Made by a program: the position numbers and the translations under genes. A stretch of DNA of 60,019 bases, the filler included, from Squatina squatina (Eukaryota): NCBI GenBank assembly GCA_031763465.1. It is 3 parts of 3 records of this genome, joined end to end, with 100 filler letters (N's around TTAATTAATTAA, not from the genome) between each part and the next. Parts side by side here need not be neighbours in the genome. Positions count along the whole stretch, not along the records: positions 13,878 to 37,910 come from JARFOE010000080.1; positions 38,011 to 60,019 come from JARFOE010000016.1; 1 more part is not named here. One strand, 5' to 3'. Positions 26,876 to 39,146 of this stretch are shown one piece after another (positions within the stretch are counted from its first letter, which is position 1; each line of letters opens with the position of its first letter). Under the pieces are notes generated by a model. It ran no database searches. It had not been told where the DNA came from and saw only the letters and a program-made list of their open reading frames with translations.

Positions 26876-27037
26876 TTACACTTTCTGGATTTCCATGGCT
26901 TCTTCAGGCCATTTGTAGTTATCCAATATGAAGGAATCATAATCAGGGCTGTAGATTTGAGCACGAACAAATGCTTCTTTGTCCTTGGGTTCAGGGTACC
27001 AGGCAGCAAGGTTATTTTTATAGGCGTAGTCCACAAT
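26876..27037 (-). CDS. ME3: NADP-dependent malic enzyme, mitochondrial; terminal exon
   Basis: TTTTCTTGTAG| then IVDYAYKNNLAAWYPEPKDKEAFVRAQIYSPDYDSFILDNYKWPEEAMEIQKV*; paralog assigned by synteny with CCDC81. Confidence 0.92.
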   Translation of the reverse strand: MVDYAYKNNLAAWYPEPKDKEAFVRAQIYSPDYDSFILDNYKWPEEAMEIQKV

Positions 27038-27186
27038 CTACAAGAAAAAAGAAATCTTAAGACAGCGAAACAGTAGTCACAAAATTNNNNNNNNNNNNNN
27101 NNNNNNNNNNNNNNNNNNNNNNNNNNNNNNNNNNNNNNNNNNNNNNNNNNNNNNNNNNNNNNNNNNNNNNNNNNNNNNNNNNNNNN

Positions 27187-27262
27187 TGGGGTCATGGTCC
27201 AGTGGGGAATAGGAGGAGGTGTCAGAGAGTTGGCGTTTGGCCTCCGCAAGATAGAGATCGGT
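27187..27262 (-). mobile_element. Penelope-like element RT fragment
   Basis: TDLYLAEAKRQLSDTSSYSPLDHDP resembles the motif preceding Penelope RT domains. Confidence 0.65.
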
Positions 27263-27330
27263 GGGGACTTGGACCCACAACTTTCTGACTCAGACGATGG
27301 TGCTACCCACTGAGCCACGGCTGACACCAC
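27263..27330 (-). mobile_element. tRNA-derived SINE head
   Basis: GTGGCTCAGTGGGTAGC (A box) ... GGGTCCAAGTCCC (B box). Confidence 0.7.
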
Positions 27331-27638
27331 TGTGCTGTAACGATTCTATATATTAAATTAAAGTATCCATTATTCTATATATGATCCGAACCCTTCATTA
27401 GATTCCAGCCCATAGATCATTCCATGGTGTCTGTGACTCTATGTATAAACAAATCTGAACTCCTCGATTAGATTTAAGCCTGTAACTCACTCTGTTGTTC
27501 TGTGTGTAGTGTCATTTCCCATATCTATGCATTCCAACCTGCTAACCCTTTGTGGAGTTAGTCTTGTTCATAGCTTTCCAATTTTGACAATCGGGGAGGA
27601 AAGACATTAAAGTTTCAATTGAAATAAAAAATAACTAC

Positions 27639-27752
27639 CTTAATAATAAGTCCCTTTGAATCCACCATCCAAATCTTTTTTAGAGCTTCTTGCTGGGAGA
27701 TTCCAGCTTTTTCCATAGCCATCACCATGAGATGTGCAATTCCCATGGCAGC
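27639..27752 (-). CDS. ME3: ME3 exon
   Basis: CATCACAG|114 nt|GTAGTT; AAMGIAHLMVMAMEKAGISQQEALKKIWMVDSKGLIIK. Confidence 0.93.
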
Positions 27753-28433
27753 CTGTGATGCATGAACAAAGCCATAGCTCGTGAGGTGGAACAATGTTTG
27801 AAAATTCAAATTCATTACCAAATTAATATAACAGTTTTGACGTTAAAAGCATTACTTTCAAATGAGAGTGAAGTGGGATAACTTCACAAAACATCAGTAA
27901 CTAAAACCAACAACTACTGCACATACCACAGTACTGCAGACAGCCAAAGGCAATAGCATGTTCAAAATGACTGAGACGTCAGTAAACATTTATGAGCAAG
28001 CCATTGTAATCCTCACCACTTACTCTGTCTGATCTACAGTGTTATTGGGACCTCCTTGGGACACAGCTTGGGACAGGGTGTGTGTTAATAGCTGACATGG
28101 CAGGGCTGAGCAGCATGTTGGCAGAAAAGGCAGGGAGATTGTCAAAGTGACCGTTGATGGGCTTGCTTTTTTGTCTCAGTGCGGGGCGGGGGTTATGGGT
28201 CAAGCTTACTGCCAATGAAGCCAACATTACTAGATTATATTTCTGATGTCTTGAGTTATTAAAAGGATATTTACAGAGACAATGCTGCCCCAATGTAGTA
28301 TCTTCATGCTGGTCCTATTCTTAGTTCTGAAATNNNNNNNNNNNNNNNNNNNNNNNNNNNNNNNNNNNNNNNNNNNNNNNNNNNNNNNNNNNNNNNNNNN
28401 NNNNNNNNNNNNNNNNNNNNNNNNNNNNNNNNN

Positions 28434-29060
28434 GGTTCTGGCGAGGATATGAAGTCAGAAATTCAGCTCAGGGTCAAAGATAACACAAGATTGTGGACAG
28501 TCTGGTTCAGCCTCAGACAGTAGTCAGGGAGAGGGATGGAGTTGGTGGCTAGGGAATAGAATTTGTGGCGGGGACTGAAAGCAACAGCTTCAGTATTCCC
28601 AATATTTAATTGGAGGAAATTTCTGCTCATCCAATACTGGATGTCGGGTAAACAGCGTGATAAATCAAAGGCAGTGGAAAGGGCAAGAGAGGTGGTGGTG
28701 AGGTAGAGTTGGGTGCCGTCAGCCTACATGTGGAACTGGATGTCATATTTTTGGATGATGGTGCCTAGGGGCCACATGTCGATGAGAAATGGGAGGCCAG
28801 GGAAAGGACAGATACTTGCGGACTCCAGAGGTAATGGTGCGGAAGCGGTGAGAAGCTATTATGTGCAATTCTCTGGCTACAACTGGATAAATAAGAATGG
28901 AACCAGCTGGGGCAGTCTCACCCAGTTGGACAAGAGGGGAGAGGTGTGGTCAACTATGTCAAAGCTGCACATAGGTCAAGAAGGATGAGGAAGGATAGTT
29001 TACCAAGGATAGTCACATAGGATTAATTTGTGTCTTTGATGAGGGGTGTTTCAATATTAA
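28434..29060 (-). mobile_element. L2 LINE RT fragment, degenerate
   Basis: Minus strand carries a YADD-like site (CACATGTAGGCTGACGGCACCCAACTCTACCTC); homologous to the 35335-35640 part of the larger L2 copy. Confidence 0.75.
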
Positions 29061-29530
29061 TGGTAGGGACAGTGCAGCTGGTTAGCAAATGTTATCAATG
29101 TTAACAGAAGTTAAGGTATATGAAACAGGGAAATTTGCGTTTAAATGGACCTCTTTTTAGAATGAAGAGCTGCTCCAGTAAATTTTCCCACATTTTGCTG
29201 TGCAAATAAACTCCAGTTCATTAAACTTTACCCTGTTAATCCTTTTGAGTGTTTCCTTTGCAACTTTAAAATGATATATTTTTTGTCACATGCCAGTAAG
29301 TGATTTATGTAAATATACGGTTCATTCAACATCTCATACACCAAATTATGAGGACCTATTTGCTTTTTTTGAAGTTACATAATATACTTCAAATAAAACA
29401 TATTTTGACATGATATTCCAATGGTCTGACACATTTATGTGCAATGGAATATTTGTTTAAACAGGGACTGCCACCATAATATGAATCACAGTTAATTTTC
29501 TGCAGGGAATCCGTGGGTTGCAACATCCTA

Positions 29531-29650
<120 letters not shown>

Positions 29651-29752
29651 TTACCATTACATCTTTTTAATCTTTGCTTACTGTTTTTTGGGTTAGGTTC
29701 TTCTCTTCCAAATTCTGCCTTGTAATTAATTACTACTTCCATTTTTACACCT

Positions 29753-29832
29753 ACAAGAAATCTAAATCTAGGAACATAATGATCTTTTACAATAAAAAAA
29801 GTCACTTAGGTTCCTAGATTTAGATTTCTTGT
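29753..29832. repeat. Perfect 23-bp inverted repeat (hairpin)
   Basis: ACAAGAAATCTAAATCTAGGAAC (29753-29775) and its exact reverse complement (29810-29832). Confidence 0.95.
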
Positions 29833-30371
29833 CAAAATAGCTACAAGGTAACATCTATTTAATTAACAACCAAAACTTTTATGAATATTAGACCACACAA
29901 ATTATAATTTAGGTCTTACCAATGTCTAGAATGAAAGTACTAGAAAAAAGGTAATTAAAACAACATTATTTTTCGTTCTCTAACAGTTTTTAGAGGCACA
30001 CTGAAAATATAATTAAAGAAAACATGGGTAACATTCAAACTACCAAACAACCATTTGTTAGGGTTCCATAAAATCATGCTAGGTTAAGGAGTCTTTTATT
30101 TCTACAGTGTGAAATTTAACAACCGGTAGGTGAGGTAGATTGAATCTCAACAGTTTTCAGATGTGGCTGAAAAGAGATTAGTTCAGGGGCAGGGAGAATT
30201 TTCAATATAAAATACTTCTTGCAGCTAGGCAGTGTACAAAAAATCCTATAATCTACTTTATATACATGNNNNNNNNNNNNNNNNNNNNNNNNNNNNNNNN
30301 NNNNNNNNNNNNNNNNNNNNNNNNNNNNNNNNNNNNNNNNNNNNNNNNNNNNNNNNNNNNNNNNNNNNTTA

Positions 30372-30620
<249 letters not shown>

Positions 30621-31039
30621 TCAGCCCAGATCTAAACACTGACTAAAAAAAACAGCTGATGATCTCTATGAAAACATCTGAACCAAGTGGATTTCTGTTT
30701 AGCTTCAGTTCAAGATATTAACTTGCTAAGAAAGAAATACTTGATTATTATATTAGCAACTGATATGCAATATTTTATTGCTCCACAACCAGAAGGATTT
30801 CATAATAAATTTGCTTATGATGTGAAGTCATTGTTAAATTTTTAAGGGAGTATCATGAAAATGTTTGGCAAAGCAATATTCAGGAACAGACCTTTGATTA
30901 ATGCTTCTTTAGATGGTCTTTCATTGACCATGGTTCCCTGTACAGATAAAGACGCTACAAAATGTTTAAAGAACTTACCTCAATATAGTGCCTCGTTATA
31001 TCTCTCTAAAACATTCTATTGTGTAATTACTATTCTTAT

Positions 31040-31340
31040 AGGAATAAGCACAGCAGCCATTTTGCACCTAGCAGGATCCCATAAACAGTAAAAAGATGAA
31101 TGCCCTGTTAATCTGTTTTTGAAGGTGTTGGGTGAGGAAAGAACGACAGTCAGGTCATTGTAAGACTTTCATTATGCATTGGAATCTTTAACCTCCATCT
31201 GAATCATTGGAACAAGACGGTGAGGTCTCTGATGTTTTATTCAAACAATGGCATCTGTGAAAACGCAATATTCCCTCAGTATTGTACTGAAACATTTGCC
31301 TCAATTATGTGCTCAAGTCCGAGAGTGGGGTTTGAACCCA
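31040..31340 (-). mobile_element. tRNA-derived SINE (DeuSINE/SacSINE1-like)
   Basis: GGGTTTGAACCC (B box, reversed) and CAGCAGCCATTTTGCAC...GATCCCATAAACAG core; homolog of 5260-5600. Confidence 0.6.
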
Positions 31341-31859
31341 NNNNNNNNNNNNNNNNNNNNNNNNNNNNNNNNNNNNNNNNNNNNNNNNNNNNNNNNNNNN
31401 NNNNNNNNNNNNNNNNNNNNNNNNNNNNNNNNNNNNNNNNCTTATTAGAAAGCTCATTCTCTGTTACACCAGCAAGTACACAGTAACCACAGGCAAGCTT
31501 TAAGTCAATGTATAAACAAACTAATTTCAACACCTCTCTTAGAAGAGGAGCACCATGTCACTTTGAATATTTTGAAAATCTGACTGATCCTTTGCAGACA
31601 AGGTCTGATAACCAAGAACTGCACACCCTGCAAGCCAGAACAAATATAGGTATTATACTGACCTCGTAACTCTGACATTAAGCCAGTATTACTCATGGGG
31701 GTGTGGTGCCAGAAGAACTGAGCCAGGTCAGAAATGGCATTTGTGACTTGGCCACTGAGACTGTGAAGCACTGTTTGAAAACAAAACCACCTTTGTTCCT
31801 AGTGTTTATAGCAAGATACTGTAAATTTCACTGTAATTTATTAAAAAATTGAATTCTGC

Positions 31860-32140
31860 TTCCCAGATGACTTAGTGGGCAAAAGCACCATCCACTGCAG
31901 CACAAAAACAGGTTCAGGCCCAATTTGTGCGGAAATAGCTGATCTCAATTGGGAACAGGAGGGCCACTGCTATTTGCCACAACGCCTAGACTAGGGTGGG
32001 GAATGGACTTCAGATGTGAGAAGGTCAGGAATGGGCTTGCCTGGAGTGCTCTTCACATCCAACCAGCTTGCTGATCAATCACTACCATAGCTATTTGGCC
32101 AAGGTACCAGAAGAAAGCTGGTGCTCAAAGTGATGGGGAA
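31860..32140 (+). mobile_element. Old SINE-like family, copy 1
   Basis: Shares AGCTGATCTC, CAGGAATGGGCTTG and AAGGTACCAGA motifs with 43560-43940, 51045-51300 and 59340-59605. Confidence 0.5.
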
Positions 32141-32175
32141 TGAAGAAAAAAAATTAAATTTAAAAGTGACAGAAA

Positions 32176-32691
32176 GGCCTGGATTTACATGAGGAAGGTG
32201 AGTTGTGGGTTGGGGGCTCCAATGCGGGCGAGAAACCCGGGAGAACGGGTTTCCCGCAGGCCCTGCCGACTTTAACAACAGGGCTCGAGTTGCATCTGCA
32301 ACCTCTGTTTCCCACCTCCAGCCAGCCAGATGGAGAGTCTGGCTGGCTCTGGGAGGTAGGCCTGCAGCACTAGGCCACACAGAGTAGGGAGGGAGAGATC
32401 AGGTTGGGGTAGGGTGACCAGATTTTCATGATCCTAAACCAGGGCAATCAGGCACCCGATGTCCCGGTTTTTTGCACAGACCTGACTGCGCTTGTGCAGC
32501 CAGGTCTCTGTCAAGACTGCGCATCCACAGTCAGCACTCCGTCGAGACTGCAAAAAACCAGCACATTTGAGCTATTTTCAGAAAATTGTCAGGACACCGG
32601 GACGTTTGGTGAAAAACTGGGACATCTGGTCACCTTTGGTGGGGGGCCGCTGCTGGCCTCCAGAGGATGGGCGGTGGGGACAGCGAATTTC
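32176..32691. mobile_element. GC-rich MITE (Harbinger-like end) hosting a hAT insertion
   Basis: Starts GGCCTGGATTT; GC/CpG-rich body continues on both sides of the insertion. Confidence 0.5.
32410..32637. mobile_element. hAT (Blackjack-like) MITE
   Basis: TIRs TAGGGTGACCAGAT / ATCTGGTCACCTTT; subterminal GGGAC motifs; 8-bp TSD GGTTGGGG / GGTGGGGG. Confidence 0.85.
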
Positions 32692-33459
32692 NNNNNNNNN
32701 NNNNNNNNNNNNNNNNNNNNNNNNNNNNNNNNNNNNNNNNNNNNNNNNNNNNNNNNNNNNNNNNNNNNNNNNNNNNNNNNNNNNNNNNNNNGTAATGTAG
32801 GCCATAGTATTGTGTCCAAATAGTCTGCATGGATAAATGGGTGTCTTCAATGAGCCGATGAACTTTGGGAAATCCTAAGCTGATGGAGAAACTAATCTCT
32901 GTGACTGAAAACACCGCAAGTCCAAAAGCACAATAATATAATTGCATAATTGCAATAATATAATATAATTGCATTCATCTGTCCTGTAAAATTCAACTAA
33001 TATACTCAAAAGTAAACCATTTTGGGAAACAGAATTTGTTTAAAGTTCAATGGGACAGCAAAGGGGAGCAAATCCAAATATTGTTCAAAACTGTATTATA
33101 TGTTGATATGTAGAATGCCGTCATAATGACTGCATTCTTGGTATTCAGTTACAATTGGTTCATTATTGATCGGAGTCAGTTTAAAAAAATAATTTGCAAT
33201 TACTTCTATCTTTTATCCTTGCCAGCAGCTGCCTCATATATGATCACATATCTGTAGTCACACAGGAATCAGTGGCCAATGTTCAGTCATTTGCAGAGCC
33301 AGGCTCAATTAAGACAAGCCCAACAATGTTTTATTAATTTCAGGGATTAACACTGGGAAATTAAAGAGGAAATACATGCTGTAGAGAGGGGCAATAGACA
33401 AGGAAGGGATACAGACAGTTGGTATCGTTGGAGCTCAAAGAAAAAAATGCTGATTACAT

Positions 33460-34344
33460 TAGTAAGGGTACATTACATTTTGATATACATTAATGACTTG
33501 GACTTGGGGGTAAAGGGCACAATTTTGAAATTTGCAGATGACACGAAACTTGAAAATGTAGTAAACAGTGAGGAAGATAGCAATAGACTGCAAGAGGACA
33601 TAAACAGGCTTGTGGAATGAGTGGACACATGGGAGATGAAATTCAATGCAGAAAAGTGTGACATGATACAATTTGGCCAGAAGAATGAGGAGAGACAATG
33701 CAAGCTAAATAGTACAATTTTAAAGAGGCTGCAAGAACGGAGAGACCTGGGGTGTTTGTGCACAAATCTTTGAAGGTGGCAGGACAGGTTAAAGCAGCTA
33801 ATAAAGCATATGGCATTCTGGGCTTTATAAATAGAGGCAGAGAGTACAAAAGCCAGGAAGTTATGCTAAACACTATATTAAACACTAGTCTGCCCTCAGC
33901 TGGAGCATTGAGTCCAATTCTGGCCACCACACTTTAGGAAGGATGTGAAGAGATTTACGAGAATGGTCCCAGGGATGAGGGACTTCAGTTGCGTGGCTAG
34001 ACTGGAGAAGCTGGGGTTGTTCTCCTCGGAGGAGAGAAGGTTAAAAGGAGATTTGATCGAGGAATGTAACGTCATGAAGGGTTTAGAGTAAATAAAGAGA
34101 AACTGTTCCCAAAGGCTGAAAGTTCGATAACGAGAGGTCACAGATTTAAGGTGATTTGGCAAAAGACCAGAATCGACCTGAGGAAAATCTTTTTTATGTA
34201 CCGTGTGGTGAGGATTTGGAGTGCACTGCTTGATAGGGCAGATTCAAAAGGGAATCGGATAAATACTTGAAGGAGGAAAAACATGCAGGGTCAGGGGAAA
34301 GAGCGGGGGGAGTGGAACTAACTGGATCGCTCTTCGAAAGAGCT
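33460..34344 (+). mobile_element. CR1 LINE RT and 3' region, degenerate
   Basis: IYINDLDLGVKGTILKFADDTKL...LQEDINRL...MKFNAEKC with stops. Confidence 0.92.
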
Positions 34345-34444
34345 NNNNNNNNNNNNNNNNNNNNNNNNNNNNNNNNNNNNNNNNNNNNNNNNNNNNNNNN
34401 NNNNNNNNNNNNNNNNNNNNNNNNNNNNNNNNNNNNNNNNNNNN

Positions 34445-34541
34445 CTCTGACAGTGCGGCACTCCCTCAGTACTGCCCCTCTGACAGTGCGGCACTCCCTC
34501 AGTACTGCCCCTCTGACAGTGTAGCACTCCCTCAGTACTGA
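34445..34541. repeat. 33-bp tandem repeat, probably SINE-derived
   Basis: CTCTGACAGTGCGGCACTCCCTCAGTACTGCCC x3 at a gap edge. Confidence 0.9.
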
Positions 34542-34869
34542 CATTAGGAGTTTTCCTGATTACACTGTACCGATGTGGATTCGCTGACCATGTGCCCTGC
34601 TATTGACATCTCTCCTGACTCCAAACATATGTGATATTAACGAAACTTGGTTGTCCCATCCCCTCCCCCGAACGCCCACCAGAGCTGCAGAAGTTCAGAA
34701 ACAGTCTCCTGGACTATGGTGAGACTGAATTGATCATCCTTCCGAATTCCGTGCACCAGTTCATTCATTTTTCTCGCTCTTATAGTTTAGCTCTCCTCCT
34801 GTGAAACATATTTCCCTTCCCTCTGGCGAACGAATATTCGCGAAATTGCCTGACTTCGGGTTTTTAAGA

Positions 34870-35330
34870 CCCAAGCATATGGAGAAACAGTCGACAGAGT
34901 CACTGGAGAAGGTGCAACGAAGAATTGCAAAATGCTACGTGAACCGATGGTGTCTGTCTGTTATGACAGAGTGAACAAGCTGGGGCTTTGCTCCATAAAA
35001 AAAGACAGCTGAGGCTGTGATCTGATAGAACTCATTAAAAAATATGAAGAGCTTTGACAGAGTCGATGTGGGGAGATTGTTTCTGCTTGTGGGGACTCCG
35101 AAACTAGGCGAGACAAAATATAAGCAACAAATACAATAAAAGTTACTTCACCCACAGTGGCATTAGAATGTGGAACTCATGACCACATGGTTGAGGAGAA
35201 TATCATGGACGGTTTTAAGGGCAAGCACATGGGGGAGAAGCATATGGAGCTCGGTTTAGTTGAATTAGGGTGGGTGGAGTCTCGTGTGGAGCACTCACAT
35301 TGGCAGAGGCCAGTTGGTCGGAATGCCAAG
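34870..35330 (+). mobile_element. CR1 3' fragment, old
   Basis: LEKVQRRIAKC-like segment and tail TGGAGCACTCACATTGGCAGAGGCCAGTTGGTCGGAATG. Confidence 0.65.
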
Positions 35331-35334
35331 GGGT

Positions 35335-36713
35335 AGCGTATACATGACAAATAGGACGGAGCCTTGGATATTTCATTGGAGGACACCAGAGGTAACGATG
35401 CCGGATGAGAAGAGAAGCCATTGCAGGTGATTTTCTCATTATGATTAGATAGATAATACTGGAAACAGGTGAGTGCAGTCCCACCAAGCTGGAGGACGGT
35501 GGAGAGGTGTCGGAGGAGGATGGAGTGGTCAACTGTGTCAAAGGTTACAGACAGGTCGAGAAGGATGAGCTGTGATAATTTGCCTTTGTCAGTCACAAAG
35601 AATGTTATTTGTGAATTTGATGAGAGCCTTTTCAGTACTGTGGCAGGGGCGGAAACAGGATTGAAGCGATTGAAATAAGGAGTTCCGGGAAAGATGAGCA
35701 CGGATTTGGGAGGCGACAACACGTTCAAGGACTTTGGAGAGGAAAGGAAGGTTGGAGATGGGGCGGTAGTTTGCAAGGGTGGAGGTGTCAAGGGTTGTTT
35801 TTTTGAAGAGAGGGGTAATGAAGGCAGGTTTGAAGGAGATGGGGACAGTACCTGTGGAGACGGAACCGCTAACAATGCCAACTAACATGGGTGCCAGAAA
35901 AGGAAGTTGGGAGTTCAGCAGTTTGGTGGGAATAGAATTGAGGGAGCAGGAAGTGGATCTCCTGGACAATATGAGCACAGATTGGTCATAAATAGAGATC
36001 AGAGAGAAACTAGAGAAAGGTGCAAGTTCGGGGATAGGAAAGGGAGAAACCTGAGGGGAGCTTTGGCCCGGTGGGCTAGGGGAAAGAAGGGAAGTGTCAG
36101 AGGCAGCTGATGGTCTCAAGCTTGAGGCAAAGAAGTCCACAAGCTCCTCACACTTATTATCAGAGGTGAAGGTGGAGGAGACAGGGGAGAAGGGTTTAAG
36201 AAGATGGTTAGCAGTATAGAATAGAGGCCGGAGTTTATCTTTGCATTCCATAAAGATTCTGGAATAGTGAGCAGTTTTGGCAGATGAGAGCAGGACCCGA
36301 TAATGCTTTACGTGGTCCAGCCAGTTCTGGCGGTGAATGGCTAAACCAGTTGTCCATCATATCTGTTCAAGTCTGCATCACTTAGACTTAAGGGAGAGAA
36401 GATGAGGGTCACACCAGGCGGAACGGCCAGGGTGAGAGAGAGTAATTGTTTTGACAGGGACAAGGGCATCAAAGATGGTGGTGAGGGTGTGGTTGAGCAG
36501 ATTGGTAGCTGTAGAAACTCGTTGTGAATGAAGGGTCAAAGGCTGGAGAGTTGGGATTTCGTAAGTGCTGTTGTAAGAGAGTTGGGAGAGAGTTTTTTTC
36601 CAGGGATGGACACAAAAGGAAGTAGGGTTGGGTGGGGGAAGGTGGATGTGGGTGGAGAGCGATACGAGGAAGTGGTCAGAGATGGCCTTTCTGCGATTGA
36701 CACGGTGAGAGTA
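35335..36713 (-). mobile_element. L2 LINE ORF2 (end of endonuclease, start of RT)
   Basis: ISDHFLV; LANYRPISNLPFLSKVLERVVASQI; HSTEKAL; LILLDLSVTFDTVDHSILL; frameshifted. Confidence 0.92.
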
Positions 36714-36814
36714 NNNNNNNNNNNNNNNNNNNNNNNNNNNNNNNNNNNNNNNNNNNNNNNNNNNNNNNNNNNNNNNNNNNNNNNNNNNNNNNNNNNNNNN
36801 NNNNNNNNNNNNNG

Positions 36815-37910
36815 TTAGATGCAGGATCTGTGAGACACGGGGCACGAGTGGTCTGCAGCTAGGGCAGGAGGAAAAGGTAGCTCAGGTGTCTGCTCCCTGG
36901 AGGGCGAGGTCGCACACAAGTTCTGCTACACATGACTCAGATGACGATCTCGATGGGGCAGCCTACAGAACAACGCTGATGGGCATTCACAATTAAGTGT
37001 TTGGTGCATTGGCAGGCCTGACAGAAAGCCTGAATGCAATGTCAAGGAGCATGGAGGAGCCCAGCTCCAGCCTTGCACAGGGTTTTGTGCAGAGCTTGGG
37101 GCCCATTCTTTTTTGTGTGGAAGGGCTGGGCAGATCCATTAACATGTGATACTGCTACCTCTGATGGCCAAAGTCTCAGCTTCTATTGCAGCACAAGCAG
37201 AAGCCTCCCAACATCGGAGTGCTGTAGTGGAAGCTTGGTCTGAAGTCATGCAAGCACAGACTGGTGCCATCATCGCTACATTTACCAGTGTTGATAGGGG
37301 CTTGTAGGGTGTCACAGCAGTCTGTACTCCAGCAGTTTACTTGGATTGCTGAGGCGCTGTCCCTGGGTAGTGGCAATGGATCCATGGAGGCCGACCCTGC
37401 TGTCCTCTATCAGGATGACTGCATTCGACTTCCCACCACTGCTACTCTGCCGTTGCCCTTGCTGTTGCCTGTCAGCCAGCCAGCCCAGACTGCTGCCACC
37501 CATGCCGAGGCGGTGCAGTCCAAAGCTGGGTCTACTGAGCCTAGAGTTCCTCGAGGTCGTCCTACAAGGCCATCTGCTGTCACCCCCATTGAAAGTCAGC
37601 TGCCTTCCACCAACTATGCTGCAGCCACTGTGGTAGCACTACTTAGGAGCACTAGAATAGGCAAAGGCACACGTAAGACAATCACTAAGAGAATGCATAA
37701 GGGTGATTAGTTTAATTTTTGATGTAATATTGGATGGATATATTGATAAAGTTTGATTGGAAAGTTTGATTTGTGGTGGCTTTTATTTCAGCATTGTGGC
37801 CAAGGTAGTCAGTAACAGAGGGAAGATAAGTTGTGGGACTAATGTTGAATGGGGAATTGGGGTTGCATTCACTCCTACCGTGGGCAGATGATTCAATCCT
37901 GGATATCCTG
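36815..37910 (+). mobile_element. Harbinger central region: C-terminal part of the Myb gene and convergent 3' ends
   Basis: 37150-37520 is clearly homologous to 45225-45600, which lies downstream of Myb exons 1-2; minus-strand AATAAA at 37782-37787. Confidence 0.6.
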
Positions 37911-37954
37911 NNNNNNNNNNNNNNNNNNNNNNNNNNNNNNNNNNNNNNNNNNNN

Positions 37955-37966
37955 TTAATTAATTAA
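37955..37966. other. Artificial six-frame-stop linker joining scaffolds
   Basis: TTAATTAATTAA centred in an N run. Confidence 0.95.
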
Positions 37967-38010
37967 NNNNNNNNNNNNNNNNNNNNNNNNNNNNNNNNNN
38001 NNNNNNNNNN

Positions 38011-39146
38011 TGGACGGTGCACCCTTAGAAGGAATGAGATCCTCTGAGGAATCATCCTCATGGATGTCCTGCAACACTTGCTGTACGTGTGAAGACCCCA
38101 GAAGACAAAAGAAAGGGATATGATTTAGTCATGACAAAGTCACAATCACCATTCTTAGTTTTCTCATCGTTCAGTCATTGATGAAATAAAGTCAGCATAT
38201 GTGTATCAGAAATATTTGTAACTTTCACCAGCTATCTTCAAGCTCTTTGGTTTCTGCATCTCTGACTGAGAGGGACGCAGATGTGTTACTTTTCTCCAGG
38301 GCATTCTCCTCTGTGAACTGTACTATTTGTGGTGACCCACCTCAAGTCCTCTCCATCTCCCTTGAATCTTGCACTCTCTTTTCCTACAAGGAGTGAAAAA
38401 AAACAGACCTGTGAGTGAGTGAAGGTGACATTTTTACCTAATGGATGCAGTACATTCGGTGAAATTGACGATAAGACACATGCATTGGGGTGATTGTCAA
38501 TGGTAGATGGATAAATGAGGAGGTGATGAAATGCATAGAAAATGAAGGGTGGATGCTGTTGAAAGTGAGTGGCTGTGAGGAGTGTTGTGATAGAGTTCGC
38601 TTGGCAAGACAGAGTGAAAGGGGCAGGCTTAAAACACAGGACGTAGTTGAATCAGAAAATATGCAAATATACCTGGTGAGTTCATTAAACTGCTTTCTAC
38701 ATTGCATCCTTAACCTGGGCACAATGTTCCTCCTGTTCACCTCCTCAGCTACCTCCAACCACACCTTCTTGGTGAAAGCAGCAAGTTTCTTGCTCACATT
38801 GCAGGGGAAAAGTACATCCCTCCTTCTCCTGACTGTGCCCAGCAGTAATTCTAGAGAAACGTCATTAAATATGGATGCTAACCTTGTTCTATGTCCACCA
38901 ATTATCCTGAACACCTCCAATTTACTTTTGTGGACTGTCCCTTTAAATACAGCAGAGATCATGTCATGCTGGTACGCATCACGCCCGCTGCGCAGCTTGG
39001 AGACGCGAAACCCGGAAGTCAAATTAATTGGTTCAATTGAGTTGTGACCGCAGATTTGACTGGCTCAGTTGACTTCTAGGTTTCTGCCACGCAATTCCAC
39101 CCACCCGCCCCCACACAGAACCCATCTTCCGATTAAGATCAGGGCC
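38011..39146 (-). mobile_element. Harbinger end with spliced Myb/SANT gene (pseudogenised)
   Basis: Terminus GGCCCTGATCTT at 39146. Exon 1 reads ASIFNDVSLELLLGTVRRRRDVLFP...VWLEVAEEVN...MQCRKQFNELTR; after an intron (CCTTGTAG acceptor) exon 2 reads EKRVQDSREMERT*GGSPQIV. Confidence 0.8.

Noticed and set aside
27263-27330. tRNA gene
   Set aside because: A and B boxes only, no complete cloverleaf or terminator; it is a SINE head.
38438-39022. 194-aa ORF as a domesticated MSANTD/NAIF1 host gene
   Set aside because: It reads through an intron, exon 2 has a stop, a TIR-like end is nearby, and many decayed paralogs occur in the window.
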